From the sequence record DRR723986_75299: 40,083 nt of DNA. One strand, given 5' to 3'. How positions within the stretch are numbered: the stretch's first letter is position 1; each line of letters starts with the position of its first letter. Made by a program: the position numbers and the translations under genes. The notes beneath the pieces are model-generated. The model was not told the DNA's origin and did not search any database. It saw nothing but the letters and a program-made list of their open reading frames with translations. This document shows, one piece after another, positions 9,329-19,458 of the stretch.

Positions 9329-9426
9329 AGCACAAATATTGCCGCAATTATAAAAATGAAGACTATTACTATATATTGCCAAAAATCAACAAAATACTTG
9401 CCGTATCTTGACCACCATGCTCTCAT
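9325..9426 (-). CDS. 33-aa single-pass membrane protein (not in ORF track)
   Basis: MRAWWSRYGKYFVDFWQYIVIVFIFIIAAIFVL*. ATG is 6 nt after the ABC-F stop and the ORF fills the whole gap. Confidence 0.65.
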   Translation of the reverse strand: MRAWWSRYGKYFVDFWQYIVIVFIFIIAAIFVL

Positions 9427-9432
9427 TAGATG

Positions 9433-11058
<1,626 letters not shown>

Positions 11059-11106
11059 TCAAGCTTTTTTATTCGTTCACAATTCCTTAGTATATCTAAG
11101 GGAGCG

Positions 11107-11114
11107 CAAATTTA
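11107..11114 (-). promoter_or_regulatory. -7 element TAAATTTG for ABC-F gene
   Basis: TAnnTTTG about 50 nt upstream of the ATG. Confidence 0.55.
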
Positions 11115-11179
11115 TCCAATTCAAATTCAAATTCTAATCTTTTATTTGAAAAAAAATTTTGATTTATCGAAATTGAGTA

Positions 11180-11187
11180 TATATTTG
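11180..11187 (+). promoter_or_regulatory. -7 element TATATTTG (TTTG at 11158-11161 as possible -33)
   Basis: Consensus match 36 nt upstream of the lipoprotein ATG. Confidence 0.6.
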
Positions 11188-11223
11188 CACGGTAATTAAT
11201 ATTTAAGTAAGTAAAACCAAGTT

Positions 11224-11613
11224 ATGAAATTAAGAACTTTATTAGTAGGAGCAGTTGCTGGATTAGTGTTGACTGCTTGTGGTGGAGGATCATCTCCAGA
11301 AGATACAACAAAATCATTTGCTCAAGCTTTAGCTGACGGAAATTGCGACAAAGCAATGGAAATGGCTGTTGACAATGCAAAAGAAACTGTACAAGGATCA
11401 ATTGATGCTGGATGTGAAAAATATGACACAGACATCAAAAAAGTTTCTTGTGAAACTGAAGGAGAAACTGCAACTTGTACTTGTGAAGAAACAAGAACAG
11501 GAATGGACATGACTTTCAACTATGATTTAAAACAAGTTGACGGAGCATGGAAAGTATCTGCTTACCAAAAAGATATGGGATTAGATTTAGGAGGCGAAGA
11601 AGGAGCTGAGTAA
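11224..11613 (+). CDS. small lipoprotein, DUF4878/NTF2-like
   Basis: LTA-C lipobox, SPEDTTKSFAQAL, LKQVDGAWKV, four further Cys. Confidence 0.8.
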   Translation: MKLRTLLVGAVAGLVLTACGGGSSPEDTTKSFAQALADGNCDKAMEMAVDNAKETVQGSIDAGCEKYDTDIKKVSCETEGETATCTCEETRTGMDMTFNYDLKQVDGAWKVSAYQKDMGLDLGGEEGAE

Positions 11614-11630
11614 TCTAATTTATAATTTTT

Positions 11631-11666
11631 AAAAACCCGTGTCGGCTCAGCCAACACGGGTTTTTT
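11631..11666 (+). terminator. intrinsic terminator
   Basis: AAAAACCCGTGTCGGC-TCA-GCCAACACGGGTTTTTT stem with flanking A/T tracts. Confidence 0.85.
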
Positions 11667-11678
11667 ATTTCCTTTTAT

Positions 11679-12347
11679 ATGAATAAAATTTTAACACTAT
11701 TGTTTTTTTCAGGGCTACTGTTCTCTTGTGGTTCAAATGAAGAACAAGCTGGAGAAGAAACCACAAAGTACGTGCACATCCCTCCTGCTCTGCCTGAAAA
11801 TGTATACAATGATATCGCTCCAGGTGATATTATCATTCGAAAAGGAAATGGACCTTTGTCTTATCATTTGATGAATAACACCAAAGAGGATTATTCGCAT
11901 TGTGGGACAATTGTAAAAGAAAACAATGAATGGATGGTAATTCACACCATTGGTGGTTCTGGAAGTGAAGATGATATTGATGGTGTACAGTTAATTACTC
12001 TTGACGAATTCGTAGCGCACTCAGCAGATTCAATGCTGTTTATTTGCCGACCTATTTTTGTGGATTCTGCTGGACCAAAAGTAGCTGAAAGAGCTTATCA
12101 TTATTTAGATCAGGCTACGCCATTCGACCACAGTTTCAGCTTATACACTGAAGATAAATTGTACTGTTCTGAACTACTTTTCTACATGTTTAAAGAGGTG
12201 AATACCGACAACAAAAACATCTTTGACGTCAAGAAAAAACACAAGTCATACATGTTGATGTTTTCAACTTTCTTTAATGAATCAAAATTTGAACCTATTT
12301 TCCATTTGAATCCTAATAAGGACGAATGGTACGTGCTACACGAATAA
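11679..12347 (+). CDS. permuted papain-like NlpC/P60 (YiiX/YebB-like) cysteine hydrolase lipoprotein
   Basis: LFS-C lipobox, PGDIIIRKG, YSHCG (His), LYCSEL (Cys) in permuted order. Confidence 0.87.
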   Translation: MNKILTLLFFSGLLFSCGSNEEQAGEETTKYVHIPPALPENVYNDIAPGDIIIRKGNGPLSYHLMNNTKEDYSHCGTIVKENNEWMVIHTIGGSGSEDDIDGVQLITLDEFVAHSADSMLFICRPIFVDSAGPKVAERAYHYLDQATPFDHSFSLYTEDKLYCSELLFYMFKEVNTDNKNIFDVKKKHKSYMLMFSTFFNESKFEPIFHLNPNKDEWYVLHE

Positions 12348-13253
12348 ATCAGGAATTGTTTGTGTTCCTTGAATGCCTCCAGTATGGATAGCTAAAATTT
12401 GAGATCCTGAATTGAATTCTCCCCGCTTTACTTTATCGTATAAGGCAAACATCATCTTCCCCGTATAAATTTGATCGAGTTTTATGGCATGCTTTTGATA
12501 GAATGTTCGGATAAAATCTAGTAATTCATCTGTGTATTTAGCATAACCCCCAAAATGGTACTCAGATTCCAAATGGAACTGCTCCATTTGCTCTTCAATA
12601 TCTTCCTTCAACCAACCTGCAGCAAAAAGCAATGACTGCACATCTTCTTTTAAAAATCCTCCGCCTTTTAATGCAGAGATTGCAACCAATTGCGTTTGAT
12701 CAAGAGCCGATAAAATTCCAGCAGCCGTTGTTCCTGTACCACATGGAACAAAAACAAAATCCATGACTTGTTCAAATTCCGAAACGATTTCTGCACATCC
12801 TAACATGCCATGAAAATTTTTACCGCCTTCAGGAATAATCAACACATTTCCGTGCCTTCTTCTTAGTTCTTCATGGTAATACTTTTCGTCTCTCAAGGCA
12901 TATTCGTCACGTGGGGTGAATATAAGTTCCATCCCGTTTTCATGAGCGGTCTCCAATGTTTCATTAGATGAAAAATTAAGTTCATCCCCTCTAATGATTC
13001 CAATTGAAGCAACTTTTGTTTCTTTTGTCAAAGCGGCTGTAGCGGCAATATGATTAGAATAGGCACCACCAAAAGTGAGTATTTTATCATATCCTCCTTG
13101 GCGGAATTTTTCAATATTAAATTTCAGTTTCCTCCATTTATTTCCAGAAATTTGAGGATGAATCAGGTCATCTCTTTTGATGTAGACAGCAATGTCATGC
13201 TTTTTAAAAAGCTCATCTTCTAATAATTGAATTGGACTCGGTAATTTCATCAA
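12336..13253 (-). CDS. ACC deaminase/D-cysteine desulfhydrase family PLP enzyme
   Basis: KRDDLIHPQISGNKWRKLK, TFGGAYSNH, IPEGG, GTGTT, LDQIYTGK, IHTGG. Confidence 0.92.
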   Translation of the reverse strand: MMKLPSPIQLLEDELFKKHDIAVYIKRDDLIHPQISGNKWRKLKFNIEKFRQGGYDKILTFGGAYSNHIAATAALTKETKVASIGIIRGDELNFSSNETLETAHENGMELIFTPRDEYALRDEKYYHEELRRRHGNVLIIPEGGKNFHGMLGCAEIVSEFEQVMDFVFVPCGTGTTAAGILSALDQTQLVAISALKGGGFLKEDVQSLLFAAGWLKEDIEEQMEQFHLESEYHFGGYAKYTDELLDFIRTFYQKHAIKLDQIYTGKMMFALYDKVKRGEFNSGSQILAIHTGGIQGTQTIPDLFV

Positions 13254-14146
13254 CTCCCTTTTGGCGTGTACATGGTCACTCCATTTTTATTGTATTGATC
13301 AATCATTACTTGCAAAAATTTCTCTGCATCAAGTAAAAGCGTATCGGCCTGGCCAATTTTCACCTTTGTAAGTGCGCCTTCTTGCTCAAGCATTGGAATT
13401 AAATCATCACATTTCCTTTTTTTAGACCATTCAGGATCATGCACCTTCGTTTTAACTTGATGGGAGGTCCCATTTTCGTCAACCACTTTAAATTCAAATA
13501 TTTCAGGATAATAAACAGGAAATTTGAAATCCACTGCATCCTCTAAAGTATGCAAATTGGTACCTGCCATGGAAAGAGTTACACCAACGTATAAAATCTT
13601 GCCTTTTGCTTGTGAAACTTTATAAAAGGGACTTTTATCGTTGTAAGGTGTCAACTGATTGAAATGTTCGCCAATAAACTCTTCAGCTTTTGGCCCAATC
13701 GCTGATACAGGCTCAGTAGGATGTAAACTTCGCTTAGCATTCGGTAATGTTCTGAAATATTCTGTGATTGCACCAGTTTTTGAAGGTGAATTCAACACAT
13801 CAAAAAATGGTGTGTTTCGGATATAATTTAATTGATAAACATTGTTTGGAGATGTTGGCATCAAAACGTTTCCTTTCTCTCCCACAGCGGCTAGTAAAGC
13901 ATCAACAAATGTTTTAGGTCCTTCTTGAAGATGTCCAATTCTACTCAGGCTTGAATGGACTAAAATGGTATCATTTAATTCTATTCCCGCTTTTTGTAAA
14001 TCTTTCAACAAATCATCACTTGATAAAGAGGCATTAGCATTCGCCTGCGCTTTTAAGGCTTGATTGCGGTTCTTTTTTTTTCGTTTGCGGTTCCAATTTA
14101 AAAGCGAAGTGGGCGTAATTGACCTAACAAAATCTTTTAAACTCAT
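13250..14146 (-). CDS. AAC(3)/Antibiotic_NAT family N-acetyltransferase
   Basis: ILVHSSLS, VLMPT, GAITEYFR, RSLHPT, SPFYK, LHTLE. Confidence 0.87.
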   Translation of the reverse strand: MSLKDFVRSITPTSLLNWNRKRKKKNRNQALKAQANANASLSSDDLLKDLQKAGIELNDTILVHSSLSRIGHLQEGPKTFVDALLAAVGEKGNVLMPTSPNNVYQLNYIRNTPFFDVLNSPSKTGAITEYFRTLPNAKRSLHPTEPVSAIGPKAEEFIGEHFNQLTPYNDKSPFYKVSQAKGKILYVGVTLSMAGTNLHTLEDAVDFKFPVYYPEIFEFKVVDENGTSHQVKTKVHDPEWSKKRKCDDLIPMLEQEGALTKVKIGQADTLLLDAEKFLQVMIDQYNKNGVTMYTPKGS

Positions 14147-14898
14147 TTACTCACAAATTTATACGTGATAGAACCTGATTGGCTTGAACCAGAAGAAGAA
14201 CTGAAATTAAATCTAGATTTTTTAGCATAAGTCAAGGCTTGATTCACCATGCACTCATCTGCTCCTCTTGAGGCGCCAGCGTTGAATTCTGCCGATTTAA
14301 CATCTCCACTCTTATCCACTTTAATATCTATCACTACTGTTCCAGAAGAATTACATTTATAACCTGGTTTTGGCAATGAGTGCGCCTTTCTGTTAGTCAA
14401 GCTATAAGACACCATCACCTCTCCTGCAAAGGCATTTGAACCACCTGTGGTAATGCTTTTATCTACATTGTTGTTATTATCGGTCTTATTATCTTCTTTC
14501 GTTTTATTGGATGAATTATTTGTTTTGCTAGCGTCTGGATGCGTTGCCGCCCACTCTTCAAAATATTGTTTTTCCAAATCTTTTGCCGAGATCTCATCAA
14601 AATGCTCCATTTCTTGCGTTGAATAATCATCATAAGATTTCTCTCTATTATCATTGGCATCAGCTGCCATATTATAGATTTCTTCTGAGGGTTGATTATT
14701 CATGTTCATTTGTTCCAACATCTCTGGATCCATCATGATATCTTCAAGTGGAATAGTAATTTCTGCAACGGGCTCAACAAACTTGTAAGGCTTTTCTACA
14801 GTCGTGAAATTGGCATAGAAAAAGAAGGCCACATGTATAATTGTAGTCCCAATTATCGCGAATTTATATCGCTCGATATATTCTAAAATACTATCCAC
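14143..14898 (-). CDS. TonB/TolA-like membrane-anchored protein
   Basis: N-terminal TM with His (GTTIIHV), low-complexity linker, C-terminal P.Y.C...GTVVIDIKVDKSG...QSGSITYKF. Confidence 0.75.
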   Translation of the reverse strand: MDSILEYIERYKFAIIGTTIIHVAFFFYANFTTVEKPYKFVEPVAEITIPLEDIMMDPEMLEQMNMNNQPSEEIYNMAADANDNREKSYDDYSTQEMEHFDEISAKDLEKQYFEEWAATHPDASKTNNSSNKTKEDNKTDNNNNVDKSITTGGSNAFAGEVMVSYSLTNRKAHSLPKPGYKCNSSGTVVIDIKVDKSGDVKSAEFNAGASRGADECMVNQALTYAKKSRFNFSSSSGSSQSGSITYKFVSK

Positions 14899-17009
14899 TA
14901 ATCTTCTTTTCTAATAAAGATTTGTTGTTCCAAATTATAATAAAACACTTCATCCCCCTCTTCTATTCTTACGACTGAAGGGTCAATAGGTTCAATATTA
15001 ATATACTGATAATTCAGTAAAGTATCGCCTTGATCCGTCAACAAAGCGTATTTCCCATACCTTTTCGCCACCAATACCGAATCATTCATAAAGTATAATT
15101 CCTCTTGAATTGGATCGATAATCTTCTCTCCCTTCAAATTAATCAGTCCGTAGAACGGATCAGATTTTACAATAGCGGTTTCGTTTTTAAAAGATTGCGC
15201 AAAATCATATTCAAATTCAATCTTCTTGATTCCCTTGTTGTCAACATATCCCCATTTATCTTTCTTCTGCATAGCAATTAAGGGACCATAAAACCCAACA
15301 TCTTGTGCATCTCTTTGGAATAGCTTTTTACCTGTGGTATCGCACAAATTAAATCCTTTCTCATATTCAATTTTTGCATAACCGTTTCTAAAAGCAGCCA
15401 TTTGCTTGTATTCTGGATAAGTTTCAAGCCACTCATTAAAAATGAGTTCGTATTCATTGTTGATGAAATTAAACTCATCATCTTTTTCAACTATGGCATA
15501 ACCCGCTTTCTGAAGGCCGATAAAATCATATTCAAAGTTCAATAAGGTATCACCAGACAAATTAATTATCCCCCAATAATCATTTAGTTGGGCGGTATAT
15601 GCAGAATCGGCATATTTCCTTAAACTCTCGTATTTAAAAGGGATGTAAGTTGTACCGAACAAGTCAATCAATCCGAAATAATCGTTTTTACTGACAACGG
15701 CTAAACCATCTTCAAAATCATAGGCATCACTGAATTGCGGCTGTAAACGAACATTTCCTTTTGTATCAAAATAGCCGTAATAATCTTCATTCTGAAAGTA
15801 AAAGAGTCCTTCGTGAACTACACCCAAATCTTCATAGGTAGGATCCACGATAAACTCCCCGTTTCGATCGATCAATCCCCACAATTCATTTTGTTCGACA
15901 ACGGCAAATCCTTCATTGAAGAGCAAAGCATCATCAAATTTTGGATTCACAATTATCTTTCCAAGCTTATTGATATAGCCATATTTTCCGTCTTTTTTAA
16001 TTGCAGCTAAGCCTTCAGAAAACCACTCTACACTTTCAAATCGATAATCAATTACCAAATTCCCCAGCTTATCAGAATATCCCCATCCTTTTGAATTTTT
16101 AACGGGATAAAAAACCTTATCTGCCATATTCAATTCTTTCAACAAATCTGATTTGAACGGATAATCTGGATATTCCTCACTAAAGAGTTGAATAGTTTCT
16201 GCAGAATATTTTTCCTGCATTTTAGCGTTGTACAATTTGATCCAAGCGCGTGTTACATTTTTGTTTGCAGGGAATTCAACAATGAAGTTTCTGTAGGCTT
16301 CCACCGTTCCTGTCGCTGTAGAAATTTCAAATATTTTATCTTCTGCTTCTCCTTTATATGGACTGTCTGGATTCAATTTCACGAAATTGACATAATCTAT
16401 AAAGTTATTGGAGAAGGTTTGCTCAACATAATGCGTTTTATGGAACTGCTGAGTGGCTTCGGTAGTAAATTCGGAACCTGGGTAAGCATTCAAAAATGTT
16501 TTATAGTCATCTGATTTACCTGATTGAACTGCTTGCTCAAAGGCCAATTTATCTCTTTTATAAATTGCAGAATCTAAATCTGGACTCCATGCATTTTTAT
16601 CGATAAAATCTTGAAAACCAAAGATTGAATTCACATCAACAGCTCTTTGGTAAAACAAGTCAGAAATGTGATCCCTTTGTTTCCAAATCATTGCACTGTC
16701 CAACTCCAATTGTTTTTCGTATTTCAATTTAGTTTTTTGATCAGTCGTAGCAAAGGTTTCAACGCAAACAGAAATTTTTGAGTAGGCCGAATCAAGATTC
16801 GTAAACGGATTATCTGTTCTTGCATAAATGATACTCAATCCAAATTTGGAAGGAATAGGGTGTTTTTTTTCGGATTTTTCAAAGAGTCGCTTGGCTTCAA
16901 AATAATTGAAAATCTCCAGAGCTTCAAAGGCCTTATTCAACTTCCCAGCAAAGCCTATAAAAGAGCTGGTTAGCAATAAAATCAAAAGGTATTTAAAGGC
17001 ACGATTCAT
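14898..17009 (-). CDS. WG-repeat exported protein with N-terminal helical repeats
   Basis: Signal peptide, repeated Y..F...YP.S helical units, many KYGYINK.G / WGLID..G / F.EG.A.V repeats. Confidence 0.88.
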   Translation of the reverse strand: MNRAFKYLLILLLTSSFIGFAGKLNKAFEALEIFNYFEAKRLFEKSEKKHPIPSKFGLSIIYARTDNPFTNLDSAYSKISVCVETFATTDQKTKLKYEKQLELDSAMIWKQRDHISDLFYQRAVDVNSIFGFQDFIDKNAWSPDLDSAIYKRDKLAFEQAVQSGKSDDYKTFLNAYPGSEFTTEATQQFHKTHYVEQTFSNNFIDYVNFVKLNPDSPYKGEAEDKIFEISTATGTVEAYRNFIVEFPANKNVTRAWIKLYNAKMQEKYSAETIQLFSEEYPDYPFKSDLLKELNMADKVFYPVKNSKGWGYSDKLGNLVIDYRFESVEWFSEGLAAIKKDGKYGYINKLGKIIVNPKFDDALLFNEGFAVVEQNELWGLIDRNGEFIVDPTYEDLGVVHEGLFYFQNEDYYGYFDTKGNVRLQPQFSDAYDFEDGLAVVSKNDYFGLIDLFGTTYIPFKYESLRKYADSAYTAQLNDYWGIINLSGDTLLNFEYDFIGLQKAGYAIVEKDDEFNFINNEYELIFNEWLETYPEYKQMAAFRNGYAKIEYEKGFNLCDTTGKKLFQRDAQDVGFYGPLIAMQKKDKWGYVDNKGIKKIEFEYDFAQSFKNETAIVKSDPFYGLINLKGEKIIDPIQEELYFMNDSVLVAKRYGKYALLTDQGDTLLNYQYINIEPIDPSVVRIEEGDEVFYYNLEQQIFIRKED

Positions 17010-17016
17010 TTAATTA

Positions 17017-17024
17017 CAAAATTA
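17017..17024 (-). promoter_or_regulatory. -7 element TAATTTTG
   Basis: Consensus 7 nt from the ATG of the WG-repeat operon, implying a near-leaderless transcript. Confidence 0.5.
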
Positions 17025-17117
17025 ATCTTTTCATCAATTCAGCGCATCAGATTTCGAACAAACCATATAATTTAAAATAAAAGCGGCAATTCATGGCTAT
17101 CAATTAAGCTATACTTG

Positions 17118-17125
17118 TAAATTTG
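17118..17125 (+). promoter_or_regulatory. -7 element TAAATTTG
   Basis: Consensus match. It overlaps the track's TTG start, supporting ATG 17147 as the true start. Confidence 0.6.
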
Positions 17126-17146
17126 CACGCTTACTATTTTCTGTTA

Positions 17147-18028
17147 ATGGTAAAAATTGCTGACCGAATATTATTTTACATCATACTAAAGCCGCTCTCC
17201 TACCTGCCATTAGGGGTGTTATACTTTTTTTCGGCGATAGTTGGTTTCTTGACGTTTCATCTCGTGAGATACCGTAGAGCTGTCGTGCGTGAGAATTTGG
17301 TCAACGCATTTCCTAAGAAATCCGAATCAGAAATTAAAAAAATTGAAAAAGACTTCTACAAGCGTTTTGTAGACTTCATCTTTGAAAGTATTAAAGCTGT
17401 TAGTATTGGAGAAGCTGCTTTGATGAAAAGAACAAGCATTAAGAATCCTGAATTAATTCAAGAGTATTACGACAAGGGCCGAAATTTAATTATCACTTGT
17501 GGGCATTTGAATAACTGGGAGTTTTATGCACTGAGTTTACCTAAACAAGTTCCTTATAAAACCTTCTCAGTATATCAACCATTAAAAAATTCATTTTACG
17601 ATCGTATTCTATATAATTCAAGATCTAGAAATGGAATGCGCTTGATTGAAACCAAGCAGTTGATTCCGTTCTTCAAAGAGGATACACCAGATTTAAGAAT
17701 GGTGGTAATTGTGAATGATCAATCACCTTCAAATAAAGAAAAAGCATATTGGAACAACTTCTTAAACCAAGATACTGGTTGGAATACGGGTCCAGAAAAG
17801 CTGGCGACCAAGTTCGATTATTCGGTCATTTTCGGACATTCAAGAAGAGTTAAGAGAGGATATTACGAAGTTGAGTTTGCTGAAATTAGTGAGTATCCAG
17901 CGAAAACAGCTGAAGGTGAAATAACAGAAGTTTATACCAGATTACTTGAAAAACTAATTATCGATTCGCCTGAATCATGGTTATGGTCACATAAGCGTTG
18001 GAAGCATAAGCGTCCATCTCACCTTTAA
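17147..18028 (+). CDS. lipid A late acyltransferase (LpxL/HtrB family)
   Basis: YRRAVVRENL.NAFP, GHLNNWE, NDQSP, FLNQDT, WLWSHKRWK. Confidence 0.9.
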   Translation: MVKIADRILFYIILKPLSYLPLGVLYFFSAIVGFLTFHLVRYRRAVVRENLVNAFPKKSESEIKKIEKDFYKRFVDFIFESIKAVSIGEAALMKRTSIKNPELIQEYYDKGRNLIITCGHLNNWEFYALSLPKQVPYKTFSVYQPLKNSFYDRILYNSRSRNGMRLIETKQLIPFFKEDTPDLRMVVIVNDQSPSNKEKAYWNNFLNQDTGWNTGPEKLATKFDYSVIFGHSRRVKRGYYEVEFAEISEYPAKTAEGEITEVYTRLLEKLIIDSPESWLWSHKRWKHKRPSHL

Positions 18029-18045
18029 TTGCTAAATTCAAACTA

Positions 18046-19320
18046 ATGAGTGCAATTCCATTAGCTGAACGAATGCGTCCTCAAAAAATTGAGGATTATA
18101 TTGGGCAAGATCATATTCTCGGTGAGAATTCTGGCTTAAGAAAAGCGATTTCATCAGGCAATATCCCCTCTATGATATTTTGGGGACCTCCTGGAGTTGG
18201 CAAAACCACCTTAGCACAAATCATTGCAAATACAGTCGATAGGCCTTTTCATGCACTGAGTGCCATTAATTCCGGCGTTAAAGACATCAGAGAAATCATT
18301 GCAAAAGTTGATAATCAAGGATTGTTCGGGAATAAGAATGCCATTTTATTCATAGACGAAATTCACCGCTTTAGTAAATCACAACAGGATTCACTTTTAG
18401 GAGCAGTTGAAAAAGGCATCATCACTTTAATTGGAGCTACCACTGAAAATCCGTCATTTGAAGTGATTTCAGCCCTGCTCTCGCGTTGTCAAGTTTATAC
18501 TTTACAGCATCATTCTAAAGAAGAACTCACTGGATTGATGCAAAAAGCATTACAGACAGACACTATTTTAAAAGAAGTTAATGTTGACTTGAAAGAAACA
18601 GAGGCCTTACTTAAGATATCAGGAGGTGATGCGAGAAAGTTATTGAATGGATTGGAAATGGTGGTATCACAGCTGGATGGAGATCAAATTACCATCACCA
18701 ACGAGGCGGTGACTCAAATTTTGCAGCAAAATATTGCCATGTATGATAAAGATGGCGAACAGCATTACGATATTATTTCAGCATTTATCAAATCAATCAG
18801 AGGATCTGATCCTAACGCAGCAGTATATTGGTTGGCTAGAATGATTGAAGGCGGTGAAGATCCAAAATTCATTGCAAGACGATTAATCATTTCTGCCTCA
18901 GAGGATATAGGATTAGCAAACCCCAATGCTTTAATGATGGCCAATTCAGCCTTTGACGCTATTAATAAAATTGGATGGCCCGAAGGGCGTATAGTACTTT
19001 CACAATGTGTGATTTACTTGGCCTCTTCGCCTAAAGGAAACGGTTCTTATATGGCAATTAACCGAGCACAATCATTGGTTAAAGAAACCGGAAACTTAGC
19101 TGTCCCTTTACATTTAAGAAACGCCCCAACCAAATTAATGAAAGACTTAGGTTACGGTGAAGAATATAAATACTCTCATGATGGAGCGAACAATTTTATT
19201 GCGCAAGAGTTCTTTCCAGACGAACTAAGCGGAACGAAGTTTTACCAAGCCGGAAGCTCAAATAGAGAAAAAGAAATTGAACAAACAATCAAAAATCTCT
19301 GGGGGAAGAAATATGAGTAA
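18046..19320 (+). CDS. rarA: replication-associated recombination protein A (RarA/MgsA)
   Basis: PLAERMRP, GPPGVGKTT, FIDEIHRF, GATTENPSF, ISAFIKSIRGSD, VPLHLRNAPT. Confidence 0.96.
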   Translation: MSAIPLAERMRPQKIEDYIGQDHILGENSGLRKAISSGNIPSMIFWGPPGVGKTTLAQIIANTVDRPFHALSAINSGVKDIREIIAKVDNQGLFGNKNAILFIDEIHRFSKSQQDSLLGAVEKGIITLIGATTENPSFEVISALLSRCQVYTLQHHSKEELTGLMQKALQTDTILKEVNVDLKETEALLKISGGDARKLLNGLEMVVSQLDGDQITITNEAVTQILQQNIAMYDKDGEQHYDIISAFIKSIRGSDPNAAVYWLARMIEGGEDPKFIARRLIISASEDIGLANPNALMMANSAFDAINKIGWPEGRIVLSQCVIYLASSPKGNGSYMAINRAQSLVKETGNLAVPLHLRNAPTKLMKDLGYGEEYKYSHDGANNFIAQEFFPDELSGTKFYQAGSSNREKEIEQTIKNLWGKKYE

Positions 19321-19321
19321 T

Positions 19322-19347
19322 GGGCACCTCGACTCCGCTAGGTGACC
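19322..19347. repeat. GC-rich REP-like imperfect hairpin
   Basis: GGGCACCT-CGACTCCGCT-AGGTGACC. Resembles the dispersed Bacteroidota CTTCGACTnCGCTCAG-type element (from memory). Confidence 0.5.
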
Positions 19348-19385
19348 AAAGTGGAGTAATGAGTTAACTATTAAGTAACAACAGA

Positions 19386-19455
19386 CGAGAATCGAAAATC
19401 GGGAATCGAAAATCGATTGACGAAAAACGAAAATCGAAAAACGAAAGACGAAAAT
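19386..19455 (+). repeat. tandem degenerate heptamer array, consensus CGAAAAT, 10 copies
   Basis: CGAGAAT CGAAAAT CGGGAAT CGAAAAT CGATTGA CGAAAAA CGAAAAT CGAAAAA CGAAAGA CGAAAAT. Confidence 0.9.
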
Positions 19456-19458
19456 CAA

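Noticed and set aside
9333-9405. Three ATA(C)TTGCC-like direct repeats
   Set aside because: Irregular spacing, and explained by codons of the 33-aa ORF.
12336-13253. Calling this acdS (true ACC deaminase)
   Set aside because: Family motifs do not establish substrate; D-cysteine desulfhydrase-like activity is equally possible.
14898-16100. Repetitive pattern in the WG gene
   Set aside because: Degenerate protein-level repeats, not DNA repeats or a DGR; no reverse transcriptase.
19386-19455. CRISPR interpretation of the repeat
   Set aside because: 7-nt contiguous units, no spacers, no cas genes.
19258-19458. 66-aa minus-strand ORF MIFVFRFSIFVFR... and the TKNENRK extension of menA
   Set aside because: Both are translations of the heptamer array.
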